From Candidatus Methylomirabilia bacterium (GTDB taxonomy: Bacteria; Methylomirabilota; Methylomirabilia; Rokubacteriales; CSP1-6), in assembly GCA_041496385.1 (NCBI GenBank), contig JBGQEL010000042.1, forward strand, positions 1-33,133: DNA of 33,133 nt. The letters run 5' to 3'. A program made the position numbers and the translations under genes. Each line of letters starts with the position of its first letter. Within the stretch, counting starts at the first letter, position 1. Shown piece by piece: positions 18,878 through 27,809 of this stretch. Under the pieces are notes generated by a model that was not told where the DNA came from, made no database searches, and worked only from the letters and a program-made list of their open reading frames with translations.

Positions 18878-19583
18878 GCGTCTCCATCCGTCAGATCCAT
18901 CCCGTGTTCGTGGGCGAGCTGTCCGGGGTCGACGTCAGCCGGCCGCTCGCGCGCGACGAGGTGGCGGCGGTCGGGGCGGGGATGGACCGTCACGCCGTGC
19001 TCGTGTTCCGCGACCAGCAGCTCACCGACGAGCAGCAGATGGCGTTCAGCCGCAACTTCGGTGCGCTCGAGGACGCCCGCGGCGGCAACATCACCAAGCC
19101 GCAAGACAAGCGTCTGCAGACGGGCATGAACGACGTGTCGAATCTCGGCAAGGACGGCCGGCCGCTCGCCCGCGACTCCCGCGCGCGCGCGTTGAACCTC
19201 GGCAACATGCTCTGGCACTCGGACAGCTCGTTCCGGCCGATCCCCGCCAAGTACTCGCTCCTGTCCGCGCGGCTGGTGAACCCGATCGGCGGCAACACCG
19301 AGTTCGCCGACATGCGGGCGGCCTACGACGCGCTCGACACGGACACGAAGGTGCAGATCGACGACCTCGTGTGCGAGCACTCGCTGATGTACTCGCGCGG
19401 GTCCCTCGGCATGCTCCGCGGTTCGTCTACGTGCACGCGTGGCGCCGGTGGGACCTCGTCATGTGGGACAACCGGCAGATGATGCACCGCGTGCGCCGCT
19501 ACGACGACAGCCAGCCGCGCGACATGCGGCGCACGACGGTCGCGGGCGAGGCGCCCACCGTCGCGCAGGTCCCGGCGGGGTAG
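18874..19583 (+). pseudogene. TfdA-like Fe(II)/2-oxoglutarate dioxygenase (TauD family), internally deleted and frameshifted
   Basis: The N part has 'DVSNL' and 'GNMLWHSDSSF' (HxD) to 'YSRGSLGML' at about 19416. The C part 'PRFVYVHAW...WDNRQMMHR...RDMRRTTV' is in another frame ending at 19583; the intervening segment is absent. Confidence 0.8.
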
Positions 19584-19593
19584 GGGCCGCGGC

Positions 19594-20328
19594 GTGGAGA
19601 CGCGAGTCGACGAGATCGCGGAGCGGATCTACCGGCTCTCGACGTTTCTGCCCGCGGTGGGCCCGAGCGGCTTCACCTTCAATCAGTTCCTCGTCGATGC
19701 CGAGGAGCCTCTGCTCTTCCACTGCGGCCAGCGGGCGCTGTTCCCCGCCGTCTCGGCGGCGGTGGCCCGCCTCATGGATCTGCGCCGGCTGCGCTGGATC
19801 GCCTTCAGCCACGTCGAGGCCGACGAGTGCGGCGCCCTCGCCGAATGGCTCGCCGCCGCCCCGGGCGCGACGGTCACCCACGGCGCGATCGGCTGCGCCA
19901 TCTGGCTGAACGATCAGGCGCCGCGGCCCCCGCGCGTGCTGGCGAACGGCGAGGTTCTCGACCTCGGCGGCCGCAAGATCCGCCGCCTCGACACGCCCCA
20001 CGTGCCGCACTGCTGGGATGCGGGCCTGCTCCACGAGGAGACCACCGGCACCCTCTTCTGCAGCGATCTCTTCACCCACGTGGGCGATCCGCCGGCGCTG
20101 ACCGAGGGCGACATCCTGGGCCCGGCCATGGCCGCCGAGAAGCAGTTCGGCTACACCAGCCTCACGCCCGCCACCGGCGCCACCATCCGCCGGCTCGGGA
20201 AGCTCGGACCCCGGACGCTCGCGGTGATGCACGGATCCTCCTTCGCGGGCGACGCCGCGCCGCTGCTCGATTCGCTGGCCGAGTTCTACGACGACCTGCT
20301 GGAGAAGGGGACCGCGGCGGCCCGGTAG
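19594..20328 (+). CDS. Metallo-beta-lactamase fold di-iron protein (flavodiiron N-terminal/ODP-like, stand-alone)
   Basis: 'FTFNQFLV', 'SHVEADECG' (HxExD), 'TPHVPHCWD', 'LFCSDLF', 'MHG'; no flavodoxin domain. Confidence 0.8.
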   Translation: METRVDEIAERIYRLSTFLPAVGPSGFTFNQFLVDAEEPLLFHCGQRALFPAVSAAVARLMDLRRLRWIAFSHVEADECGALAEWLAAAPGATVTHGAIGCAIWLNDQAPRPPRVLANGEVLDLGGRKIRRLDTPHVPHCWDAGLLHEETTGTLFCSDLFTHVGDPPALTEGDILGPAMAAEKQFGYTSLTPATGATIRRLGKLGPRTLAVMHGSSFAGDAAPLLDSLAEFYDDLLEKGTAAAR

Positions 20329-20336
20329 GCACGCGC

Positions 20337-20951
20337 TCAGACGGCGCCGGTGTCGCCGGGAGGCGAGCCGAGGTCCTCGAGGTGGGCGACGGAGTTGAGC
20401 AGGCGCACGCGCCACGGCGCCGGCCAGTCGACGATCGTCAGCGAGGTGTTCTCCCAGCGCTCAGGCGCCGTCTCGCCGTCGGCGAGGACGAGATGCCGTG
20501 CGGCGAGGGAGCGGCACACGAGGCCGTGCGTCACGACCGCCAGGCGGCCGCCGGCCGCCGCCGCCAGCTCCTGCACCCTGGCCCACGCCCGATCGACGCG
20601 CGCGTGGAACACGGGCCACGTCTCGCCGCCCGGAGGTGCGTAGTCCGGCGCGAACATGTCGAGCCCGAGGTCTGCGTAGGCGGTGCCGCGGAGATCGCCG
20701 AAGTCTCGCTCCTGCAGCAACGGCTCCAGCGAGAGCGGAGCGCCCGTCGCGCGCTGGAGGTGCGCGGCCGTGCTCAGGGCGCGGGCGAGGTCGCTCGACA
20801 CGATCCGCGCGATGCCTTCGGCCGCGAGGCGGCGCGCCAGGCGCTCCGCCTGCGCCACGCCGCGGGGCGAGAGCGGGCTGTCGGGACGCTGGACGATGCG
20901 CGCGGCGTTGCCCACGGTCTCACCGTGGCGGATCAGGAAGAGCCGGCTCAC
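20337..20951 (-). CDS. Histidine phosphatase family protein
   Basis: 'LIRHGET', 'SSDLARA', 'LQERDFGDL', 'VVTHG'. Confidence 0.9.
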   Translation of the reverse strand: MSRLFLIRHGETVGNAARIVQRPDSPLSPRGVAQAERLARRLAAEGIARIVSSDLARALSTAAHLQRATGAPLSLEPLLQERDFGDLRGTAYADLGLDMFAPDYAPPGGETWPVFHARVDRAWARVQELAAAAGGRLAVVTHGLVCRSLAARHLVLADGETAPERWENTSLTIVDWPAPWRVRLLNSVAHLEDLGSPPGDTGAV

Positions 20952-21856
20952 ACGGCACCCGCCCGGCGCTGCGTGACGAGGTCGACGAGCGTGTTCGCCA
21001 GGAGGGCCGCCAGGATGAGCACGCCGCCCGCCAGCGACGCCGCCCCCGGCCGCTCGTTCAGCACGAGCCAGACCCAGAGCGGTCCCAGCACGGTCTCCAG
21101 CATGCCGACGAGCGAGCTCTCCGCGGCGGGAATCAACCGCGCGCCGGCCATGAAGAGCAGGAAGCCCGCGCCAAATTGCCCGATGCCGAAGAATGCCAGG
21201 AGGGCCAGGTCACGCGGCGTCGTCCCGAGTGGATCGGCCAGCGGCAACGCCACCAAACCCGTGAGCGCCGTCGCCAGCACCGCCGCCGGCGCCATATGGA
21301 TCTCGGGGTGGCGACGGATGAGGACGGTCGCGACGGCGAAGCTGCACGCCATGACGATCGCGAGCAGATCGCCGGCCATCGCGCCGCGGCCGTAGGAATC
21401 GGACACCATGACCACCGCGCCCGCGAGCGCGACGCTCATCGTCAGCCATGTGCGCAGCGCGACGCGTTCGCCCAGGAGCATCCAGCCGAGCAGCCCGGCC
21501 ACGTACGGCCCCATGGACATGAGGATGAGCGTGTTGGCCACGGAGGTGTAGGACAGCGAAAGAATGAAGCACGTCGAGGACACCGCCATGCACACGGCCA
21601 CGGCGAGGACCGGGCGCTTGCGCCATTGCGCGAAGACGCCGCGGCCCCAGACCAGACGCACCACCAGCGCCAGAAACAGCGAGGCGAAGACGCTGCGCCA
21701 GAAGCTCGTCGTCCAGGGGCTGGTGGCGACGAGGCGCGTGATGAGCCCGCCGCTGCTCCAGCACACCGCCGCGCAGGCCACGAGCAGGGCGCCGCGCCGT
21801 GGGGCCGTCGTCGTCGGAGCCCGCCGCGTTGCGACGGGGTCAGAAGCCGCCGTCAT
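20948..21856 (-). CDS. DMT/EamA family transporter
   Basis: 10-TM duplicated EamA pattern; 'LLGERV', 'LETVLGPLWVWLVLNERP'. Confidence 0.9.
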   Translation of the reverse strand: MTAASDPVATRRAPTTTAPRRGALLVACAAVCWSSGGLITRLVATSPWTTSFWRSVFASLFLALVVRLVWGRGVFAQWRKRPVLAVAVCMAVSSTCFILSLSYTSVANTLILMSMGPYVAGLLGWMLLGERVALRTWLTMSVALAGAVVMVSDSYGRGAMAGDLLAIVMACSFAVATVLIRRHPEIHMAPAAVLATALTGLVALPLADPLGTTPRDLALLAFFGIGQFGAGFLLFMAGARLIPAAESSLVGMLETVLGPLWVWLVLNERPGAASLAGGVLILAALLANTLVDLVTQRRAGAV

Positions 21857-21885
21857 GACCTAAGCGCACGCCGGGACCATCCTAT

Positions 21886-21949
21886 CAGCCATGCGCGACC
21901 TGACAGCCATGCGCGGCGCGACCTCCGGCATGCACGGCGCGACCTCCGG
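21886..21949. repeat. Intergenic tandem direct repeats (2 x 21 bp plus a partial third copy)
   Basis: CATGCGCGGCGCGACCTCCGG (21908-21928) and CATGCACGGCGCGACCTCCGG (21929-21949); CAGCCATGCGCG also at 21886 and 21904. Confidence 0.8.
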
Positions 21950-21950
21950 A

Positions 21951-21978
21951 TTGACAGGTCTCCCTGTGCCAGGATAAT
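21951..21978 (+). promoter_or_regulatory. Sigma70-type promoter, leaderless geometry
   Basis: TTGACA-16 nt-GATAAT-6 nt-ATG (21985); no RBS. Confidence 0.6.
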
Positions 21979-21984
21979 GCCGCC

Positions 21985-22401
21985 ATGACTTCTCCCCCCG
22001 CGACGCCCGAGCAGTGGCTGCGCACGTTCGAGGCGGCGGTGCGCGCGCGCGACTTCGCCGCCGGCCGCACGATGTTCGCCGAGGACGCCGTGGCCTTCGG
22101 CACATGGGCGCGCGCCGTGGCCGGCCTCGACAACATCATGCGCGAGCAGTGGCAGAACGTCTGGCCGCGCATCCGCGACTTCCGCTTCGAGCCGGATGCC
22201 CGCGTCCGGACGTCCGGCGACAGCGCGTGGATCGCCGCGGGCTGGCTGACCGAGGCCACGGGCGCCGACGGCCGTCCGTTCACGCGCCCGGGCCGGGGCA
22301 CCTTCGTGCTGGAGCGTCGCGGGGGCACGTGGCTCGCGGTGCACAGCCACTTCTCGCTGCTGCCCTCCCAGTCCGAGACGGCCCACGGCAAGCTCTCGTA
22401 G
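21985..22401 (+). CDS. NTF2/SnoaL-like protein
   Basis: 138 aa; 'AVRARDF', 'MFAEDAVAFGT', C-terminal 'WLAVHSHFS'. Confidence 0.8.
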   Translation: MTSPPATPEQWLRTFEAAVRARDFAAGRTMFAEDAVAFGTWARAVAGLDNIMREQWQNVWPRIRDFRFEPDARVRTSGDSAWIAAGWLTEATGADGRPFTRPGRGTFVLERRGGTWLAVHSHFSLLPSQSETAHGKLS

Positions 22402-22404
22402 CCA

Positions 22405-22429
22405 GGTGGCCACCATGTTCGTGGCCACC
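22405..22429. other. Hairpin/inverted repeat between the NTF2 gene and the TonB receptor
   Basis: GGTGGCCAC-catgttc-GTGGCCACC; each arm is itself palindromic; no U tract. Confidence 0.5.
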
Positions 22430-22471
22430 GGGAGCTAGGCGCCGATCGGAAGGTCTGGTAGTGGACGTACC

Positions 22472-24802
22472 GTGACCGCTCTGCGCGCGCTCGCCATTCT
22501 CCTCCTCGCCGTCGCGCCGGCGGCGGCGCAGGTGCCGTCGATCGGGCCCGCGAGGCCCGAGCCGCCGCCGCCCATCGTGCAGCTGCCGGGCATCACCGTT
22601 CTCGGCGCCACTCCGCTCCCCGCGCTCGGCACCCCCATCGAGAAATACCCGGGCAACGTGCAGTCGCTCGGCGCCGAGGACGTGGCGCGGCAGGGCGGCC
22701 TCGACCTCTCCGACGCGCTCTTCCGTCGTTTCGGCTCCGTCAACGTCAGCAACAACCAGAGCAACCCCTGGCAGGGCGACGTCACCTACCGTGGCTTCCT
22801 GGCGTCGCCCCTCACCGGCAGCGCGGTCGGCCTGTCGGTTTACCTGGACGGCATGCGCTTCAACGACGGCTTTGGCGACACGGTGAGCTGGGACCTCATT
22901 CCCAAGCTCGCGATCTCCGGGATCGACGTTATTCCGGGCTCCAACCCGATCTTCGGGCTCAACACGCTCGGCGGCGCCCTCGCGGTGCGCACCAAGAACG
23001 GCCGCGACTTCCCGGGCACCACGATCGGCGTCTCCGGCGGCGCCTTCGGGCGCCGCAACATCGAGGCCGAGCACGGCGGGTTCCAGGGTCCCTTCGACTG
23101 GTACGTCGCCGTCAACGGTCTCGACGAGGACGGCTGGCGCGAGCGCTCGCCGAGCCAGCTACGTCAGGTGTTCGCCAAGGCGGGCTGGGAAGCCGGGGGG
23201 AGCACGCTGAGCCTGAACTACATCTACGCCAACAACGATCTCGTCGGGAACGGCCTGCTGCCGGAGAGCACGCTGAGGCGCGACCGCAGCGCCGTGTACA
23301 CCTTCCCCGACCAGACCCGGAACGAGATGCACCTCGGCCACGTGCGCGCGAGCCACTGGCTGACCGACGACCTGCTGCTCTCGGCGAACGCCTTCTACCG
23401 CGACTACCAGCGCCACACCTTCAACGGCGACGCCGAGGTCACCTGCACCGACGACGCGACCGGCGAGCAGGTGTTCGACGCCAACGGCCGGCTCCTGCAC
23501 CTGGGGCGATGCAGCGGCCCGTCGGCCGGGTTTTTCGACGGCGCCGGCAATCCGCTCGCGGGCACCCTGCAGCGCGTCGCCGGGGGCGAGGATCGCACGA
23601 CGAGCACCCACACGCAGGACTGGGGCACCACCCTGCAGCTCTCGCACAAGGGCAAGGTCCTGGGCCACGGCAACCGCGCGACCGCCGGCGTGGCCTACGA
23701 CCGCCACGAATCACGATTCACGCAGCGCGAGGGAGAGGCGGCGCTCGTGCCCAAGGCCGGGGGCGTCGGCACCCTGCGCACCGAGGGCTTCGCGACCGTC
23801 GTGGACGTCAAGACCCGGCAGGAGAACGTCGGCGTCTACGTCACCGACACCTTCGACATCACCGAGCGGCTGGCGCTCACGCTCGCCGGCCGCTACCAGC
23901 ACGTGAGCATCAGTATCCGCGACCGCAGCGGGGCGAACCCGGCGCTCGACGGCGATCACCAGTTCAGCCGCGTGAGCCCGGCCGCGGGACTGACGCTGCA
24001 GGCCCTCTCCAACCTGACCCTCTTCGCCGCTTACAGCGAGGGCTTTCGCGCGCCCACGCCGGCCGAGCTCACGTGCGCGGACCCGGACGCCCCGTGCAAG
24101 CTGCCCAACGCATTCTTGGCCGATCCGCCGCTCCGCCCGGTCGTCGCCCGCACCTACGAGGTGGGCGCGCGCGGCAAGCTCGCCCTCGGGGGCGCGCTCG
24201 AGTGGAGCCTCGGCCTCTTCCGCACCGACCTCACGGACGACATCCTGTTCACCGTCGTCCAGACCGGCGGTAGCGGCTTCTTCCAGAACGTCAAGGGAAC
24301 CCGCCGTCAGGGTGTCGAGGCCGGTGTGTCGGGAGCGTGGGGGCGGCTCCGGTACTTCCTGAGCTACGCTTACATCGAGGCCACCTACCAGAGCGACGAG
24401 ACGCTGGCGAGCGTGACCGAGGCCGACGGCGTGCAGGTCCGAGCCGGCGACCGGATTCCGGGCATCCCCGAGCACAACGTCAAGGTCGGCGCCGAGGTCG
24501 CCGTGCTGAGCAATCTCTGGCTCGGCGCCGACGTGCTCGCGACCTCCGGCAGTTTTCTGCGCGGCGACGACGGAAACCGGCAGGCCAAGGTCGACGGGTA
24601 CGGGCTCCTGAATCTCCACGCCCGCTACCAGCCGATCAAGCACGTCGAGCTGTGGGCCCGCATCGACAACGTCACCAACACCCACTACGAGACCGGGGGC
24701 GCCCTCAACTTCAACGCCTTCGCCAATCCCATCGCCGTCGAGCGCTTCCTCGCCCCGGGCGCGCCGATCGCCGGCTGGGCCGGTGTCCGAGTGAGCTTCT
24801 GA
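22472..24802 (+). CDS. TonB-dependent outer-membrane receptor
   Basis: Signal peptide; plug 'RGFLASPLTG...VYLDGMRFN', 'IDVIPGSNPIFGLNTLGGAL'; 'YSEGFRAPT', 'IDNVTNTHY'; terminal Phe. Confidence 0.92.
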   Translation: MTALRALAILLLAVAPAAAQVPSIGPARPEPPPPIVQLPGITVLGATPLPALGTPIEKYPGNVQSLGAEDVARQGGLDLSDALFRRFGSVNVSNNQSNPWQGDVTYRGFLASPLTGSAVGLSVYLDGMRFNDGFGDTVSWDLIPKLAISGIDVIPGSNPIFGLNTLGGALAVRTKNGRDFPGTTIGVSGGAFGRRNIEAEHGGFQGPFDWYVAVNGLDEDGWRERSPSQLRQVFAKAGWEAGGSTLSLNYIYANNDLVGNGLLPESTLRRDRSAVYTFPDQTRNEMHLGHVRASHWLTDDLLLSANAFYRDYQRHTFNGDAEVTCTDDATGEQVFDANGRLLHLGRCSGPSAGFFDGAGNPLAGTLQRVAGGEDRTTSTHTQDWGTTLQLSHKGKVLGHGNRATAGVAYDRHESRFTQREGEAALVPKAGGVGTLRTEGFATVVDVKTRQENVGVYVTDTFDITERLALTLAGRYQHVSISIRDRSGANPALDGDHQFSRVSPAAGLTLQALSNLTLFAAYSEGFRAPTPAELTCADPDAPCKLPNAFLADPPLRPVVARTYEVGARGKLALGGALEWSLGLFRTDLTDDILFTVVQTGGSGFFQNVKGTRRQGVEAGVSGAWGRLRYFLSYAYIEATYQSDETLASVTEADGVQVRAGDRIPGIPEHNVKVGAEVAVLSNLWLGADVLATSGSFLRGDDGNRQAKVDGYGLLNLHARYQPIKHVELWARIDNVTNTHYETGGALNFNAFANPIAVERFLAPGAPIAGWAGVRVSF

Positions 24803-24810
24803 GAGAGAGC

Positions 24811-24839
24811 TTGCCTTCGGGCGCGTGATCGCGGATATT
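24811..24839 (+). promoter_or_regulatory. Possible sigma70 promoter for the ior-fcc-sox operon
   Basis: TTGCCT-17 nt-GATATT; GGAGG RBS before ATG 24872. Confidence 0.35.
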
Positions 24840-24871
24840 CGCCCCAGTACTGCAACCCGGGGAGGAATGCC

Positions 24872-25321
<450 letters not shown>

Positions 25322-25333
25322 GGGGGAGAGGCC

Positions 25334-27514
25334 ATGATCACCAAGACTCCGAAGGTCGGTCGCCGCTCCTTCATCGTCGGGTCCGCCACGGTCGGCGCCG
25401 GGCTCGTGCTCGGTCTGAAGATCCCGTTCGGCGCAAGCGTCGTCCGCGCCCAGGACGGCTCGCCCGAGATCAACGCCTGGGTGGTCATCCGCCCGGACGA
25501 TACGGTCGTGATCCGGATCGCACGCTCCGAGATGGGCCAGGGGACGCTTACCGGTCTCGCGCAGATGGTGTGCGAGGAGCTCGAGTGCGACTGGTCGAAG
25601 GTAACGACCGAGTATCCGACGCCCGGCCAGAGCGTCGCGCGCAAGCGCGTGTGGGGCGATTTCTCCACGGGCGGCAGCCGCGGCATCCGGATGTCGCACG
25701 AGTACGTCCGCATGGGCGGCGCCACGGCGCGGGTGATGCTGGTCCAGGCTGCGGCCAACGCCTGGGGCGTCCCGGCCTCCGAGTGCAGCGCTGCCAACAG
25801 CGTGATCACGCACATGCCCACCGGCCGCACGACCACGTACGGCAAGGTCGCGGAAGCCGCCGCGAAGCTGACCCCGCCGGCGAACGTGGCGCTCAAGGAC
25901 CCGAAGGACTGGAAGCTCATCGGCAAGTCCGTCAAGCGCCTGGACACGATGGGGAAGGTGAACGGGTCGCAGGTCTACGGCGCGGACCTGAAGCTGCCAG
26001 GGATGCTCAATGCCGCGATCAAGGACTGTCCGGTGTTCGGCGGCAAGGTGAAGAGCTTCGAGGCCGACAAGGTGAAGGGCATGCCGGGCGTCCGCCACGT
26101 GGTGGCGGTCGGCGACTCCGGAGTCGCGGTCGTGGCCGATACGTGGTGGCAGGCCAAGACCGCGCTCGACGCGCTCCCGATCGTCTGGGACGAGGGCCCG
26201 AACGCCAAGGTCTCGAGCGCCTCGATCGCCGAGATGCTGAAGGCCGGTCTGGACGCCGATCAGGCCTTCGTTCGCAACCAGAACGGCGAAGTCAAGGCCG
26301 CCATCGCCGGCGCCGCGAAGAAGGTCGAGGCGGTGTACGCCTATCCGTTCCAGAACCACGCGACGATGGAGCCGATGAACGCGACCGCGAAGTACACGGC
26401 CGATCGCTGCGAGGTCTGGACCCCGACGCAGAACGGCGAGGCCGCGTTCGCGGCAACGCTGGCGGCGTCCGGCCTCCCGGCCGACAAGTGCGAGGTCTAC
26501 AAGATCAACCTCGGCGGCGGGTTCGGACGGCGTGGCGCCTTCCACGACTACGTGACCCAGGCCGTCCTGATCGCCAAGCAGATTCCGGGCACGCCCGTGA
26601 AGCTTCTGTGGTCGCGCGAGGAAGACATGACACACGGCCGCTATCATCCGGTCATGCAGGCGAAGCTGACGGGTGGCCTGGACGCCAGCGGCAACCTGAC
26701 CGGGCTGCACCTGCGCCTGTCCGGACAGTCGATCCTCACGGCCGTGTTCCCGCAGTTCCTGCAAGATGGCCGGGACAACCTCGTCTTCCAGGGCCTCGAC
26801 CCGGACGGGGACTTCGCCTTCGGGTACAGCGTCCCGAATCTGCTGATCGACCATGCGATGCGCAACACGCACGTCCCGCCGGGGTTCTGGCGGGGCGTGA
26901 ATATCAACCAGAACGCCATCTTCATGGAATGCTTCATGGACGAGCTGGCCCACGCCGCCGGCCAGGACCCGCTGGAGTTCCGGCGCAAGCTGATGAGCAA
27001 GCATCCGAAGCACCTCGCCGTGCTGAACGCCGTGGCCGATCGCGTGGGTTGGGGCAAGCCGGCGCCGCAGGGCGTGTATCGCGGTCTGGCCCACATGAAG
27101 GCGTTCGCCAGCTACGTGGCGGCGTGTGCCGAGATCTCCGTCAGCGGCGGCGACAAGGTGAAGGTGCACCGCATCGTCTGCGCGACCGATCCCGGGTACG
27201 CCGTCAACCCGGCGCAGATCGAGCGGCAGATCGCCGGGTCGTTCGTCTACGGCCTGTCCGCGCTGTTCATGGAGGAGTGCACGGTCAAGGACGGCCGCAT
27301 CGAGCAGACGAACTTCCACAACTACGACTCGATGCGGATCGCGCAGATGCCGAAGGTCGAGTCGATCGTCATGCCGTCCGGCGGGTTCTGGGGCGGCGTG
27401 GGCGAGCCGACCATCTGCGTGGCGGCGCCCGCGGTCCTGAACGCGTTCTTCGCCGCGACCGGCAAGCGCATCCGCACGTTCCCGCTGAAGAACCACGGCA
27501 TCCAGATGGTGTAG
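25334..27514 (+). CDS. iorB: Xanthine oxidase family molybdopterin subunit, isoquinoline 1-oxidoreductase beta-like, Tat-exported
   Basis: 'GRRSFI' Tat motif, 'SEMGQG', 'TGGS', 'HATMEPMN', 'LGGGFGRR', 'WSREED', 'GGVGEP'. Confidence 0.9.
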   Translation: MITKTPKVGRRSFIVGSATVGAGLVLGLKIPFGASVVRAQDGSPEINAWVVIRPDDTVVIRIARSEMGQGTLTGLAQMVCEELECDWSKVTTEYPTPGQSVARKRVWGDFSTGGSRGIRMSHEYVRMGGATARVMLVQAAANAWGVPASECSAANSVITHMPTGRTTTYGKVAEAAAKLTPPANVALKDPKDWKLIGKSVKRLDTMGKVNGSQVYGADLKLPGMLNAAIKDCPVFGGKVKSFEADKVKGMPGVRHVVAVGDSGVAVVADTWWQAKTALDALPIVWDEGPNAKVSSASIAEMLKAGLDADQAFVRNQNGEVKAAIAGAAKKVEAVYAYPFQNHATMEPMNATAKYTADRCEVWTPTQNGEAAFAATLAASGLPADKCEVYKINLGGGFGRRGAFHDYVTQAVLIAKQIPGTPVKLLWSREEDMTHGRYHPVMQAKLTGGLDASGNLTGLHLRLSGQSILTAVFPQFLQDGRDNLVFQGLDPDGDFAFGYSVPNLLIDHAMRNTHVPPGFWRGVNINQNAIFMECFMDELAHAAGQDPLEFRRKLMSKHPKHLAVLNAVADRVGWGKPAPQGVYRGLAHMKAFASYVAACAEISVSGGDKVKVHRIVCATDPGYAVNPAQIERQIAGSFVYGLSALFMEECTVKDGRIEQTNFHNYDSMRIAQMPKVESIVMPSGGFWGGVGEPTICVAAPAVLNAFFAATGKRIRTFPLKNHGIQMV

Positions 27515-27518
27515 ACGC

Positions 27519-27809
27519 ATGGTGAAGTTCGCCGCCGCCGCGATCGGGTGCGTCTCGATCGCGGCGGCGGTCGTCGCGTCGGCGGAGCCGCCCGCCGGCG
27601 CCGCGGCGTGCTCGGGCTGTCATCCGGCCTCGGCGCGCGTGACCTCGCCGGTGCCGCGGCTGGCCGGGCGCGATCGGGCCGCGATCGTCAAGGCGATGCA
27701 GGACTTCCGCTCCGGGCAACGCGCCGGCACCGTCATGGACCGGATCGCCAAGGGCTTCACCGACGAGGAAATCCAGGCGATCGCCGCCTGGTACGCCACG
27801 CAGAAGTGA
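27519..27809 (+). CDS. Monoheme class I cytochrome c (FccA-like partner)
   Basis: Signal peptide, CSGCH, 'TVMDRIAKG'; overlaps the fccB start. Confidence 0.88.
   Translation: MVKFAAAAIGCVSIAAAVVASAEPPAGAAACSGCHPASARVTSPVPRLAGRDRAAIVKAMQDFRSGQRAGTVMDRIAKGFTDEEIQAIAAWYATQK

Noticed and set aside
19405..19425. Programmed ribosomal frameshift in the TfdA-like gene
   Set aside because: No slippery sequence, and a conserved segment is missing, so a frameshift would not restore the enzyme.
21886..21949. Possible mini-CRISPR
   Set aside because: The repeats are directly adjacent with no spacers, and there are no cas genes.
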